Of a stretch of 27,013 bases of DNA, positions 8,795-20,698 are shown in pieces. A model generated the notes under the pieces. That model did no database searches. It saw only the letters and a program-made list of their open reading frames with translations, and had not been told where the DNA came from. Made by a program: the position numbers and the translations under genes. The stretch lies in the sequence record SRR20825006_1074; one strand, 5' to 3'. How positions within the stretch are numbered: the stretch's first letter is position 1; each line of letters starts with the position of its first letter.

Positions 8795-9747
8795 TGATCT
8801 TACCTTTCCCACGCATGCTTTTGCTGTCTTTGAGCGTCGTACTTTCTGTCGAGGCCAATGGCGCGTGCGCACTTGATCTCGACTTGCCGGGGGCTTCGGT
8901 TGAAACCGCCTCACGCGACGATTCCCTATCGGCCCAGCCGTTTCCGTCCAGCGCCTATCAAGGTGACGCCACACAGATGGTCATGGCCGAAGGCGCAGTG
9001 ATACACCATGCCTACCGTCTGCCCGGCACAAGTCTGACGGCGTTTCAATTGATCCAACCTCTGCGCAAGCAATTGGAAGCCGCCGGATTTCACATCGCTT
9101 TTGCCTGTGCGGACAACCTCTGTGGCGGCTTTGATTTTCGCTATCTGTTGGATCTTTTGCCGGAACCGGCCATGCATGTGGATCTGGGAAATTTCCAATA
9201 TCTTCTGGCCCAACACCCAGACGGGCGCACCATCGCCATTGTCACCAGCCGCGCGACCAGCGCCGGGTTTGTGCATATCAGCACGGTGACGCCAAGCGAT
9301 ACACCAGACGTCGAGTTGATTGCCCCCTCGTCCGGCCCCGAGACCCCCGCAGGCACTCTGCCGCCCAACCGCAATGTGATTGCCACGCTTGAGGCGCGGG
9401 GTCGGGTGGTTTTGGATGATCTGTCGTTTGAAACCGGAGCGACCGAGCTTGGGGCGGGGCCATTTGCCTCTCTCACACAGATCGCAGCCTATTTGACCAC
9501 CCATCCTTTGACGAAAATCGTTTTGGTCGGCCACACTGACACCGTTGGCGGATTGGCCAACAACACTGCCCTGTCGCGCAAGCGCGCGGAGGCGGTGCGG
9601 GCGCGGCTGATATCGGCCCATGGCGTGTCTCCGGATCAGGTCAGCGCCGAAGGCATCGGCTATCTCGCGCCACGGGTATCAAACGCGACCGCCGAGGGCC
9701 GCGAGACAAACAGAAGGGTCGAAGCGGTGATCGCCTCGACCCAGTAA
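8794..9747 (+). CDS. OmpA-family peptidoglycan-binding protein with N-terminal periplasmic (DUF4892-like) domain
   Basis: Hydrophobic N-terminus, C....CGGFDFR, Pro-rich linker, and OmpA_C motifs F.TG..L, VGHTD, N..LSRKRA.AV, NRRVE. Start uncertain. Confidence 0.88.
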   Translation: MILPFPRMLLLSLSVVLSVEANGACALDLDLPGASVETASRDDSLSAQPFPSSAYQGDATQMVMAEGAVIHHAYRLPGTSLTAFQLIQPLRKQLEAAGFHIAFACADNLCGGFDFRYLLDLLPEPAMHVDLGNFQYLLAQHPDGRTIAIVTSRATSAGFVHISTVTPSDTPDVELIAPSSGPETPAGTLPPNRNVIATLEARGRVVLDDLSFETGATELGAGPFASLTQIAAYLTTHPLTKIVLVGHTDTVGGLANNTALSRKRAEAVRARLISAHGVSPDQVSAEGIGYLAPRVSNATAEGRETNRRVEAVIASTQ

Positions 9748-9790
9748 TGGCTTTCGCCTTCTCTCCACGAGAATTCGTTTGGGTGTCACA

Positions 9791-10696
9791 TCACCACTTG
9801 TCAGGTCCTTTGTCGGCAAAGGAATGCACAAGGAAATCAATGAATGCGCGTACTTTCGGCTGGGTAAAGCGGCCCGGCGGATAGACCGCATAGATGCCTT
9901 GGGTCTCTGACGGAAGGTCCGGGATCGCCTCTTCGATCAGGCCCGCTTCCATTGCATCCGCGTAAAGGAAGGACGGCAGATAGGCGATGCCAAGGCCCGA
10001 AATACAGGCGTTGAGCAGCGACTGACCATCATTCACGGTCAACCAGCCAGCGGTGCGGATTTGCCGCTTTTCGCCAGAGGGCGCGGTCAGTTTCCACACC
10101 GCCCCGTTGGATTGGTTGGAATAATGCAAAAGCTTGTGATCATTCAGATCGTCGATCTTTTCGGGCCGACCGTATTTTTCAAAATAGGCCGGGGCGCCGA
10201 CCATGCGTTTGGTGGTCTCGGTCAATTTACGGGCGCGCAGGGTGCTGTCTTCCAACTCGCCAATGCGCACGGCCATGTCAAAGCCTTCGGAAATCAACTC
10301 CACATAGCGATTGTTCAGCACCATATTGACGGTGATATCAGGGAATTCGGACAAAAACTCGCCCAACACAGGCGAGAGATGATTGACGCCAAAATCGGTT
10401 GCCACCGAGATGCGCAACAGTCCGGAAGGCGCGCTTTGCATGGAGGTGACCAGCGCGTCCGCCTCGCCCGCATCGTTCAAAACCCGGCGGGCGCGGTCAT
10501 AATAGGCCAATCCGATCTCTGTCGGACTGACCCGGCGGGTTGTGCGGTTGAGCAACCGTGCGCCCAAACGCGCCTCAAGGGCAGATACATGTTTGGAAAC
10601 GGCGGATTTGGAAATCCCCATCTTCTTTGCTGCATCCGTGAAACCGCCCTGGTCCACAACGGTGGCAAAGGCTTCCATTTCCGTCAGTCGATCCAT
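9791..10696 (-). CDS. LysR-family transcriptional regulator (CrgA/DmlR-like)
   Basis: MDRLTEMEAF..VVDQGGFTDAA..SKSAVSKHV..LE..LGARLLNRTTR HTH; EGFDMAVRIG; PKVRAFIDFL. Start set at ATG 10696. Confidence 0.95.
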   Translation of the reverse strand: MDRLTEMEAFATVVDQGGFTDAAKKMGISKSAVSKHVSALEARLGARLLNRTTRRVSPTEIGLAYYDRARRVLNDAGEADALVTSMQSAPSGLLRISVATDFGVNHLSPVLGEFLSEFPDITVNMVLNNRYVELISEGFDMAVRIGELEDSTLRARKLTETTKRMVGAPAYFEKYGRPEKIDDLNDHKLLHYSNQSNGAVWKLTAPSGEKRQIRTAGWLTVNDGQSLLNACISGLGIAYLPSFLYADAMEAGLIEEAIPDLPSETQGIYAVYPPGRFTQPKVRAFIDFLVHSFADKGPDKW

Positions 10697-10898
10697 GTCT
10701 GTCTTACCTACAATCTTGACCCTACAAGCCACATCAATGACGGTCAATTCGGGCAAGAATGGGGAAGATGGGAGACAATAGCGTGGTGTTTCAAGGATCG
10801 TTCTGCGTCAGGAAACGCAGAAACAATCCCAAAACGGCATTTTTGCCCCACCGAAAGCGCGCCTCCGGCGGGAGTGTTTGGGCGAGGAAGACACCGCG

Positions 10899-12989
<2,091 letters not shown>

Positions 12990-13011
12990 TCAGGGCCACA
13001 AATGCGCGGCC

Positions 13012-13398
13012 TCAGTTTGCACCGACCTCAAGACAATGCCGCCGAAATGCCCGTTTGAGCATGTCCAATTCCTGACGCAGCAAGTCCATTTCGGCACGGA
13101 TATCATCGGCCAGGCCATCGCCCGCGATCAGGGCAAAAGAGCCAAGCACCTGTCCGCTGTCCCGATCTGTGAAGACAAAGGTCTGCACCCCGTCACTGAT
13201 CACTTCGGAGGGCACAGCAAAGCGGAAAAACCAAACCCCGGCACGGTCCGGGTCCTCGGACAGGGTGTGCCCCGGCAATGGTTGATCGAGATAGCTCACC
13301 TCAATCTCCGGCAGCCGTTCAATCGCATCGGGCACACGCAATTCGCCCTCCCAAATCCCCGCCTGAAGCCGCGTTTTGACCAATGTCACCTTGTCCAT
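13012..13398 (-). CDS. Conserved hypothetical protein with C-terminal coiled coil (LRQELDMLKRAFRRH)
   Basis: ATG 13398 with GGAG RBS, 11 nt downstream of the DUF6478 stop; normal composition. Confidence 0.8.
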   Translation of the reverse strand: MDKVTLVKTRLQAGIWEGELRVPDAIERLPEIEVSYLDQPLPGHTLSEDPDRAGVWFFRFAVPSEVISDGVQTFVFTDRDSGQVLGSFALIAGDGLADDIRAEMDLLRQELDMLKRAFRRHCLEVGAN

Positions 13399-13409
13399 CT
13401 TGCTCTCCG

Positions 13410-14183
13410 TCAAAGTTCCGCGCGCGGACGGCGCGACAGAGTCAGGTCCCGCAGGACGATTTGGTTCATTTCGGGGCCTTCAAAGATCAAGTCGATCCAG
13501 AGTTTTTCAACCCGTTTTTCGTTCAGCTTGGTGTAAGCCAGATCAAAATCGACAAAGCCTTCGTCGGAATGCAACGGCAATTCGCGCACCAATTGTTCGA
13601 GGTTCGGACCGTGTTTCACATTCAGCCGGGCGAAAATTTCAATTGGCTTTTCAAGGTCCACCGCGAAATCCAGCCGCAACACGTGGCGCAAGCTCAACCC
13701 ATGACAGACCTCATCCGGGATATTGACCGACAAGGACAAAAAAGAGCCGTCAAAGCGAAACACATCGAGGCGCAGACCAAAGGGAGCCAGGTCTGCTTCT
13801 GAACTGTTACGGACCTGGCGGTAGGTCAGTTCAGAGATTTGGCAATCGTGAAACAAGGTCGCCTCGGACCCGATGGATGTTTTCGAAGGCACCGCAGAGG
13901 CCCCTTGTGGCGCAATTGGACCGCGCCATAATTCGGGTCGATACGACCATTCGGTGTAAAGCGGCAATTGCATCGCATTCGATCCGATCAGCGGCAATGC
14001 CAAACGGCCTTCTGCAATGAAAAGGAATTGGTCCAACTCCCATCGCAGACTACGGGCCTGAGCACGCAACCACCGCAGTGTCGCAAGATCAAGCCCTTCG
14101 GCTGTGCGGACACGGCGCGCCCAACGCGCTATCGACGCTTTGTTGAGACGTTTTTCAAACAGTTTCCTGACCCGACCGCTCAT
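13410..14183 (-). CDS. DUF6478 family protein
   Basis: 257 aa with WSYRPELW, LFHDC..SE, FRFDGSFLSL, ARLNVKHGPN.EQ and DLIFEGPEMN; family recognised from memory. Confidence 0.75.
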   Translation of the reverse strand: MSGRVRKLFEKRLNKASIARWARRVRTAEGLDLATLRWLRAQARSLRWELDQFLFIAEGRLALPLIGSNAMQLPLYTEWSYRPELWRGPIAPQGASAVPSKTSIGSEATLFHDCQISELTYRQVRNSSEADLAPFGLRLDVFRFDGSFLSLSVNIPDEVCHGLSLRHVLRLDFAVDLEKPIEIFARLNVKHGPNLEQLVRELPLHSDEGFVDFDLAYTKLNEKRVEKLWIDLIFEGPEMNQIVLRDLTLSRRPRAEL

Positions 14184-14336
14184 ACTCTTAAGAAACCTTT
14201 CTGTGCACCTGCCTTAGCCCATGACGTTCTTTGACGTGCCTTTGACTTTGGCCAATTATGACCGACACAGGTTTCATCTCAACAAACGCCCAATAAATCC
14301 AGTGTTTGGTTCCATTTTGGCAATAATTTCCGCCCA

Positions 14337-14978
14337 TTACGTCGGGTTTTTACGCGCCAAAACCCCCGCGAACTGTTTCAAGGCGGTTTTTAATCCGCCA
14401 GACGACATTGGAGCCTGAGAGAACGGCGTTGCCGTCGCGGTCATCAACCGCCCCCCTGAGACAAAGAAGGCCCGCCAATATTCATCATCAAGCCCATTGA
14501 TCATAGGCGCAGAGCTATCACGGGCATGGACAAAGACGGTGCCGCCTTCGATCGCACTGCCCAAAAGTGTGACCGTTGCCATGTTCCCAGACCGCGACAG
14601 GGCGGTGCGGCCAGCGTCGGAGGCAAAAAAGGCCTGAACGCCCGCTGCATCAAAGGCCGCCACGTCTGTCAACGGGCCAGAAACAGACAGAGTTAAAACC
14701 GCCGTGCTGGCTGTGCGCCCAAGATTGGAGCCGCCGCTCAGACCGGTGCAACTGCTCAAAAGCACGAAACTTCCGCCTTGCTCGTCTTTCACCGAGCCGG
14801 GGTCGATGCAAAATCCTGTTGGTCCGGCCACGGTCAGACCGCTACTGGACAGGCGGATCTCTTTCGGCGCGGCCTGTGTGGGTGTCACGGGTGTCGGCAC
14901 CGCCATCTGACAGGCCGACAGGGCCAAAACCAGACTGAGGATAAAGCCGCTCCAAAGCCCCTGTTTGTATCGGCTCAT
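14337..14978 (-). CDS. Predicted lipoprotein of unknown function
   Basis: ATG 14978 with AAGG RBS, basic N-terminus, hydrophobic stretch and lipobox LALSA-C; GP.GFCID motif with a second Cys. Confidence 0.78.
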   Translation of the reverse strand: MSRYKQGLWSGFILSLVLALSACQMAVPTPVTPTQAAPKEIRLSSSGLTVAGPTGFCIDPGSVKDEQGGSFVLLSSCTGLSGGSNLGRTASTAVLTLSVSGPLTDVAAFDAAGVQAFFASDAGRTALSRSGNMATVTLLGSAIEGGTVFVHARDSSAPMINGLDDEYWRAFFVSGGRLMTATATPFSQAPMSSGGLKTALKQFAGVLARKNPT

Positions 14979-15176
14979 ATGATGCCTTACCTTTACCAAA
15001 ATCCCGAAAATCCAATTGACTGTCGCGTCGCAACCGCACTTGGCATACAAGGGATGTCGCCCTGCCTGCAAGCCATCCTTACACGGCTTGGCGGCACTAC
15101 GCCGAGCGGCTTTCGGACCACCACAGGCCGTGCTATCGGTTTGGTCAAGCAACGCGCCGAACTCAGAAAGAACACC

Positions 15177-16079
15177 ATGATCCCGCCCCGCCCTCATCCC
15201 TATGATGCGATCCTGCGGTCTGCGGCGCGCCGCCCCGAGCTTTGGCGCATCGCGGTTCAGATCTTGGCCGCTTTGGCGCTTGGAGCCTTGGTCACACCTG
15301 TGCTCTACGGGCTGATCGGGCGGATGGCGCCCGCGTTGATGCCCGTTCATTTTGGTCCGAGCGGGATCGTCATTGGGGCGACGCCCGGCGGGATGTTTGT
15401 GTTGCTGGCGGGCTATGCGGTGCTTTTGGTCGGCAGTGTTGTTTTGGCCCGCCGCTTGCACAACCGGAGCCTGCGCGAGATCACCGGACCGGCGAACGTG
15501 ATGCGCAGGCAATTTTTCGCAACCCTCAAATGGGTCGCGCTCCTGAGCTTTGTCGCCATGCTCCTGCCGTGGGACAGCACCGATTCCGCGCTGTCAGAAA
15601 ACCTCAATCTTGGGATGTGGCTGTTTTGGATGCCCTTCGCGCTTTTGGGCCTGATGATCCAAATCACCGCCGAAGAGGTATTTTTTCGCGGCTATCTGCA
15701 AAGCCAACTGATCGCCTCGACCAAATCCTACACGCTGGGGGTATTGGCCGCCTCCGTTTTGTTCGGACTGGGCCATCTCAGCGGCGCGGTCGAAGGAACG
15801 GCGGCGATATTCCCGGTTGTCTGGGCGATGTTGTTTGGGCTTTTGGCGGGCGATCTGACCGCGCGTTCGGGCACAATTGGTCCGGCTTGCGCATTACACC
15901 TGATGAACAATGCCACCGCCATGGTGATCGCCCCGCAGCAAGACATCATGTCTGGCTTTGGTCGCATGGTCCAAACGCTTGATCTCACCGACGCCTATAG
16001 CGACCCAAAAGTGATTGCCTTTCAAACGCTGCTTTTGTTGGCAACATGGCTGACCGCAAGGCTTGCGATCAGGCGTTGA
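15177..16079 (+). CDS. CPBP (Abi/CAAX-like) intramembrane glutamic protease
   Basis: Multiple TM helices with AEEVFFRGY (EExxxR), FGLGH and HLMNN motifs. Start ATG 15177 is the most plausible. Confidence 0.9.
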   Translation: MIPPRPHPYDAILRSAARRPELWRIAVQILAALALGALVTPVLYGLIGRMAPALMPVHFGPSGIVIGATPGGMFVLLAGYAVLLVGSVVLARRLHNRSLREITGPANVMRRQFFATLKWVALLSFVAMLLPWDSTDSALSENLNLGMWLFWMPFALLGLMIQITAEEVFFRGYLQSQLIASTKSYTLGVLAASVLFGLGHLSGAVEGTAAIFPVVWAMLFGLLAGDLTARSGTIGPACALHLMNNATAMVIAPQQDIMSGFGRMVQTLDLTDAYSDPKVIAFQTLLLLATWLTARLAIRR

Positions 16080-16108
16080 TTGCAATTCTTCTCCCATGGC
16101 CTTATCTG
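16080..16108 (+). promoter_or_regulatory. Putative sigma70-family promoter of accD-folC
   Basis: TTGCAA-N17-TATCTG (also readable as TTG-N18-CTTATCT), 35 nt upstream of the accD ATG. Confidence 0.35.
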
Positions 16109-16142
16109 AGGGCCAGTAATGTTACGTCCAAAGGCTCCCCGT

Positions 16143-17108
16143 ATGAACTGGATTTCCAACTACGTCCGTCCAAAGATCAATTCGCTGTTTTCCAAACACG
16201 ATACCCCGGACAACCTTTGGACCAAATGTCCAGAATGCAACACCATGCTGTTCCATCGCGAATTGGCGGACAATCTCAATGTCTGCACCAATTGCGATCA
16301 CCACATGCATATCACGCCGCGCGCGCGCTTTACGGCGCTGTTTGATGGCGGGGTGTTTTCTGAGATCAAGGTTCCCGAACCGATTGAAGACCCTTTGAAA
16401 TTCCGCGACCAAAAACGCTATCCCGAGCGGATGAAAGCGGCACAGCGCTCCACAGGCGAAAAAGAAGCCATGTTGGTGGCTGAGGGCGAGATGGGGCGCA
16501 CACCGATCGTGGCCGCCGCACAGGATTTTTCGTTCATGGCGGGTTCCATGGGCATGTATGTCGGCAATGCTTTCATCGCCGGTGTCGAGCGCGCGATTGA
16601 GCTCAAACGCCCGTTCGTGATGTTTTCCGCCGCCGGCGGCGCCCGGATGCAAGAGGGGATTCTCTCCCTCATGCAAATGCCGCGCACCACCGTGGCGGTC
16701 GAGATGCTCAAAGAGGCAGGCCTGCCCTATATCGTTGTGCTCACCCATCCGACCACCGGCGGCGTCACCGCCTCCTATGCCATGCTGGGCGACGTGCAAA
16801 TCGCCGAACCCAATGCGCTGATCTGTTTCGCGGGTCCGCGCGTGATCGAACAAACGATTCGTGAAAAACTACCCGAGGGCTTCCAGCGCGCCGAATACCT
16901 GTTGGATCACGGCATGTTGGACCGGGTGACCCACCGGAGTCAGATGAAATCCGAATTGGTCACGATCCTGCGCATGTTGGGACAAATGACCCCGGCCGTT
17001 GCCGGTGATCTTCCGGCACCGACCCCCGAGGTCAAACCTCTTGAGGCCTCAAAAGCCCCCGAGGGTGCAAATCCCAAAACGCCCCCTGCCAAGGACGCGC
17101 AAAAGTGA
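16143..17108 (+). CDS. accD: Acetyl-CoA carboxylase carboxyltransferase beta subunit
   Basis: MNWI start, zinc ribbon [50 protein letters not shown] and [11 protein letters not shown]. Confidence 0.97.
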   Translation: MNWISNYVRPKINSLFSKHDTPDNLWTKCPECNTMLFHRELADNLNVCTNCDHHMHITPRARFTALFDGGVFSEIKVPEPIEDPLKFRDQKRYPERMKAAQRSTGEKEAMLVAEGEMGRTPIVAAAQDFSFMAGSMGMYVGNAFIAGVERAIELKRPFVMFSAAGGARMQEGILSLMQMPRTTVAVEMLKEAGLPYIVVLTHPTTGGVTASYAMLGDVQIAEPNALICFAGPRVIEQTIREKLPEGFQRAEYLLDHGMLDRVTHRSQMKSELVTILRMLGQMTPAVAGDLPAPTPEVKPLEASKAPEGANPKTPPAKDAQK

Positions 17109-18379
17109 CATCCTCCTCGTCGGACATCATCCTTGATCGGTTGATGTCGCTTCACCCGAAGATCATTGATCTTGTGCTGGACCGTGTCTGGCGTTTGCTG
17201 GACGCTTTGGATCATCCCGAACGCGATCTGCCGCCAGTAATTCACATCGCGGGCACCAACGGCAAAGGCTCGACCCAGGCGATGATCCGCGCCGGGCTTG
17301 AGGCCGCTGGCAAATCGGTTCACGCCTATACTTCGCCGCATTTGGCACGGTTTCACGAGCGCATTCGTTTGGCGGGCACGTTTATTTCCGAACCCGCGCT
17401 GATGCAGGTGTTGGAAGAATGTGAAATCGCCAACGGTGGCGCGCCGATCACCTATTTCGAAATCACCACCGTTGCGGGCATCCTCGCCATGGCGCGCACC
17501 CCCGCGGATTTTACTTTGCTTGAGGTTGGGCTTGGCGGGCGGTTGGATGCGACCAATGTGGTCGAGTCCCCAGCGCTGACCATCATCACTCCGATCTCGA
17601 TTGATCACACCCAATATCTGGGCGAAACTCTGGCCGAAATCGCGGCGGAAAAAGCCGGGATCATCAAACGCGGTGTGCCCTGTATCGTTGGCCCGCAACC
17701 CGACGAGGCGATGGAGGTCATCGAAGCCCGCGCAGCCCGTCTTGGCGCGCCGCTTTTGGCCTATGGTCAGCACTGGCATGTTTGGGAAGAACGCGGTCGC
17801 CTGATTTATCAGGACGAACACGGATTGCGTGACCTGCCGCTGCCGCGTCTGATCGGCCATCACCAAGTCATCAATGCAGGCGCTGCCATTGCCGCGCTGC
17901 GCCATCTTGGCTTTGACGATGCCGCCTTTGAAGCCGCCTTGACGGACGCCTATTGGCCCGCCCGGATGCAACGCCTTGCCACCGGACCGCTAACCGACGC
18001 AGCCCCGAAGGCCGAGCTTTGGCTTGATGGCGGCCATAATCCGGCTGCGGGGATCGCCTTGGCCGAGGCTCTGGACCGTTTGCCAAACCGTCCGACCTAT
18101 ATGGTCTGCGGCATGCTGAACACCAAAGACGTGGGTGGCTATCTCGAACCGCTCGCGCGCCATGCCGAACGGCTTTATGCGGTGTCGATTCCCGACGCCC
18201 AAGCCACCCTGCCCGCCTCCGCCACCGCCGAAACGGCGCGCGAAGTTGGGATGGAGGCCCTCGAAGCCCAAAGTGTTTTGGCCGCAGTGCAAGAGATCGT
18301 CAGCACCGCCCCCGAAGCGCGCATCCTGATCTGTGGCTCGCTCTATCTGGCCGGGCATATCCTGCAAGACAACGCGTGA
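17105..18379 (+). CDS. folC: Bifunctional folylpolyglutamate synthase/dihydrofolate synthase
   Basis: [52 protein letters not shown] and [11 protein letters not shown] start overlaps the accD stop. Confidence 0.97.
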   Translation: MTSSSSDIILDRLMSLHPKIIDLVLDRVWRLLDALDHPERDLPPVIHIAGTNGKGSTQAMIRAGLEAAGKSVHAYTSPHLARFHERIRLAGTFISEPALMQVLEECEIANGGAPITYFEITTVAGILAMARTPADFTLLEVGLGGRLDATNVVESPALTIITPISIDHTQYLGETLAEIAAEKAGIIKRGVPCIVGPQPDEAMEVIEARAARLGAPLLAYGQHWHVWEERGRLIYQDEHGLRDLPLPRLIGHHQVINAGAAIAALRHLGFDDAAFEAALTDAYWPARMQRLATGPLTDAAPKAELWLDGGHNPAAGIALAEALDRLPNRPTYMVCGMLNTKDVGGYLEPLARHAERLYAVSIPDAQATLPASATAETAREVGMEALEAQSVLAAVQEIVSTAPEARILICGSLYLAGHILQDNA

Positions 18380-18461
18380 CCTGAACAGTCTCTGTGCGCT
18401 CGCGCATGTAGGCGCACGGCGGATTTGGCAGTATCTCTAGGCCAAGCACAGGAGATGCATC

Positions 18462-19493
18462 ATGTCTTTGGAATTCGGAATCGACACGTTTGGCGATGTC
18501 ACTTGGGACGATCGGGGCCGCGATCTGTCGCACGGCCAAGTGATCCGCAACGTCATTGAAGAGGCGAAACTGGCCGATGCGGTTGGCCTCGATATTTTCG
18601 GTCTGGGCGAACATCACCGCGACGATTTTGCGGTCTCCGCCCCGGACACGATCTTGGCCGCCATCGCCGCCGTGACCTCAAAGATCAAACTCACCTCTGC
18701 GGTTACCGTGTTGTCCTCGGACGATCCGATCCGGGTGTTTCAACGGTTTTCCACGATCCAAGCCATTTCAAATGGCCGCGCCGAAGTCACGCTTGGACGC
18801 GGCTCATTTACCGAATCTTTCCCGCTCTTTGGCTTTGATCTCTCAGATTATGAAATGTTGTTTGAGGAAAAATTTGAGATTTTTTCCAGACTGACCAGTG
18901 AAGAGAAAATCAGTTGGTCGGGCCGTCATCGCACCCCGCTCAAATCGCAAACGGTCTATCCGCGCCCTGAGACGCCGATCCCGGTCTGGGTCGGTGTTGG
19001 TGGAACCCCCGAATCCGTGGTGCGCGCCGCCACCAACAACATGTCGATGTCTTTGGCCATCATCGGCGGCCCACCTGCCCGTTTTGCGCCCTACGCCGGT
19101 CTGTACCGCGAAGTGCGCGAAAAAATGGACGCGGCGTCTTTGCCCATTGGCTGTCATTCGCCGGGCCATATTGCCGCCACCGACCAAGAGGCGCGGGATC
19201 GGTTTTTCGACGGCTACCGCGTGATGCATCAACGCATCGGGCGCACACGCGGCTGGCCGCCGCTGACCCGTGACGCCTTTGAACACGAGGTTGAAAACGG
19301 CGCGCTGTACGTTGGCTCGCCCGACACGGTGGCGCGCAAAATTGCCGCTACGGTCAAGGCACTCGATGTGCAGCGGTTTGATCTGAAATATTCCGCTGGC
19401 CCGGTCAGCCATGAGGTGTTGATGGACAACATTCGGCTCTACGGCGAAGAGGTTGTGCCGCGGGTGCGCGCGCTTTTGGGCCTCACAGCCTAA
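18462..19493 (+). CDS. LLM-class flavin-dependent oxidoreductase (luciferase-like)
   Basis: FGIDTFGD, GLGEHHRDDF, SAVTVLSSDDPIRVFQRF, GRGSFTESFPLFG and VGSPDTVA; AGGAG RBS. Confidence 0.92.
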   Translation: MSLEFGIDTFGDVTWDDRGRDLSHGQVIRNVIEEAKLADAVGLDIFGLGEHHRDDFAVSAPDTILAAIAAVTSKIKLTSAVTVLSSDDPIRVFQRFSTIQAISNGRAEVTLGRGSFTESFPLFGFDLSDYEMLFEEKFEIFSRLTSEEKISWSGRHRTPLKSQTVYPRPETPIPVWVGVGGTPESVVRAATNNMSMSLAIIGGPPARFAPYAGLYREVREKMDAASLPIGCHSPGHIAATDQEARDRFFDGYRVMHQRIGRTRGWPPLTRDAFEHEVENGALYVGSPDTVARKIAATVKALDVQRFDLKYSAGPVSHEVLMDNIRLYGEEVVPRVRALLGLTA

Positions 19494-19494
19494 G

Positions 19495-20586
19495 TCACGC
19501 GCCGTCTTCGGCCTCGCCCCAGCTCGCGTCCTGCATCTCGCGCAGGCGCGACGCGGTGCGTTCAAATTCAAACGCCCCAGCGCCTTCAACATAAAGGCTT
19601 TCGGGCTCATCCACCGCACTACACACCAGCCGCACCTTAGCCTCATAAAGCGCGTCAATCAGGGTCACGAACCGTTTGGCCTCGTTGAAGTTGCTCCGGG
19701 TCAGGCGCGGAATGTCTTCCAAGATCAGCAGCTTAACAGCGCCCGCGATGACAAGATAATCGCCGGGGCCAAACATCTGACCACAGAGATCCCAAAAACT
19801 CGCCCGCGCAATGCCGTTGTGAAACCTGGGCAAGACGACATCGCGGCCTTTGACCTTGAGCGTCAGAGACTCGGTCGCCCCGCCGGTCAAATCCGTCCAA
19901 ATATCCTCAATCGCCGCCCGTGCCTCCGCGTTCACAGGCTGAAAATACACCGGCGTTCCGGTCAAACGGCCTTGGCGATAATCCACCGGAGAATGCAGAT
20001 GATGCACCTCCAGCCGTTCTTTCAAAATGGCGATGAAGGGCAAAAACAGCTGACGGTTGAGCCCGTCTTTGTAGAGATCATCGGGCACCCGGTTCGAGGT
20101 GGTCACGACGGTGACGCCCTTGGCAAACAGCCCCTCAAACAACCGCCCCACGATCATCGCGTCGGCGATGTCGGTGATTTGCATCTCGTCAAAACACAAG
20201 AGTTTGATTTCGCTGGCGATCTCTTCGATCACGGGGGCTATGGCATCCGGTGTTCCGGCCTTGCGCGCCGTGTTGATGCCGTCTTGGACCTCTTGCATGA
20301 AAGCATGAAAATGCACGCGGCGCGCCGGCACCGGGGCATGGTCATAAAACAGATCCATCAACATGGATTTGCCGCGCCCCACACCGCCCCAAAGGTAGAG
20401 CCCCGTGATGGGTTCGGGTTTCTTGCGCCCGCCGATCAGGGACAAAAGCCCTTTTTTCCCGGTCGGTTGGCTGGCCAGTTGCGCCCGCACCCGTTCCAGC
20501 ATCGGCAGCACAGATTCCTGCGCCGCATCCGCGCGCAGCGTGCCCTCGGCCACGCGGGCCGCATAAATATTCATAAGCGTATCCAT
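19495..20586 (-). CDS. zapE: Cell division ATPase ZapE (AFG1 family)
   Basis: GLYLWGGVGRGKSMLMD Walker A, RVHFHAFM, CFDEMQITDIADAM, TSNRVP.DLY, RFVTLIDALYE and FERTASRL.EM. Confidence 0.95.
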   Translation of the reverse strand: MDTLMNIYAARVAEGTLRADAAQESVLPMLERVRAQLASQPTGKKGLLSLIGGRKKPEPITGLYLWGGVGRGKSMLMDLFYDHAPVPARRVHFHAFMQEVQDGINTARKAGTPDAIAPVIEEIASEIKLLCFDEMQITDIADAMIVGRLFEGLFAKGVTVVTTSNRVPDDLYKDGLNRQLFLPFIAILKERLEVHHLHSPVDYRQGRLTGTPVYFQPVNAEARAAIEDIWTDLTGGATESLTLKVKGRDVVLPRFHNGIARASFWDLCGQMFGPGDYLVIAGAVKLLILEDIPRLTRSNFNEAKRFVTLIDALYEAKVRLVCSAVDEPESLYVEGAGAFEFERTASRLREMQDASWGEAEDGA

Positions 20587-20698
20587 GCCCTCCCCATACT
20601 GCGTCCCGGATCATAAGAAAAGATGATGCGTTTCATGCCAATCATTCAATTGACCTGTGCCCGGATTTTGCCGAAAGCTGACGCAAAGGAGCCCAAAG

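Noticed and set aside
15050-15059. AGGGATGTCG, a perfect 10-nt complement of the sRNA 1 loop hairpin (CGACATCCCT)
   Set aside because: About 120 nt upstream of the likely CPBP start; a 10-mer match to some part of a 75-nt RNA is expected by chance in 27 kb.
14778-15512. Long overlapping N-terminal extensions of the CPBP ORF (from 14778) and the lipoprotein ORF (from 15512)
   Set aside because: The downstream starts are better supported (15177, and 14978 with RBS and lipobox); the extensions are motif-free and overlap each other.
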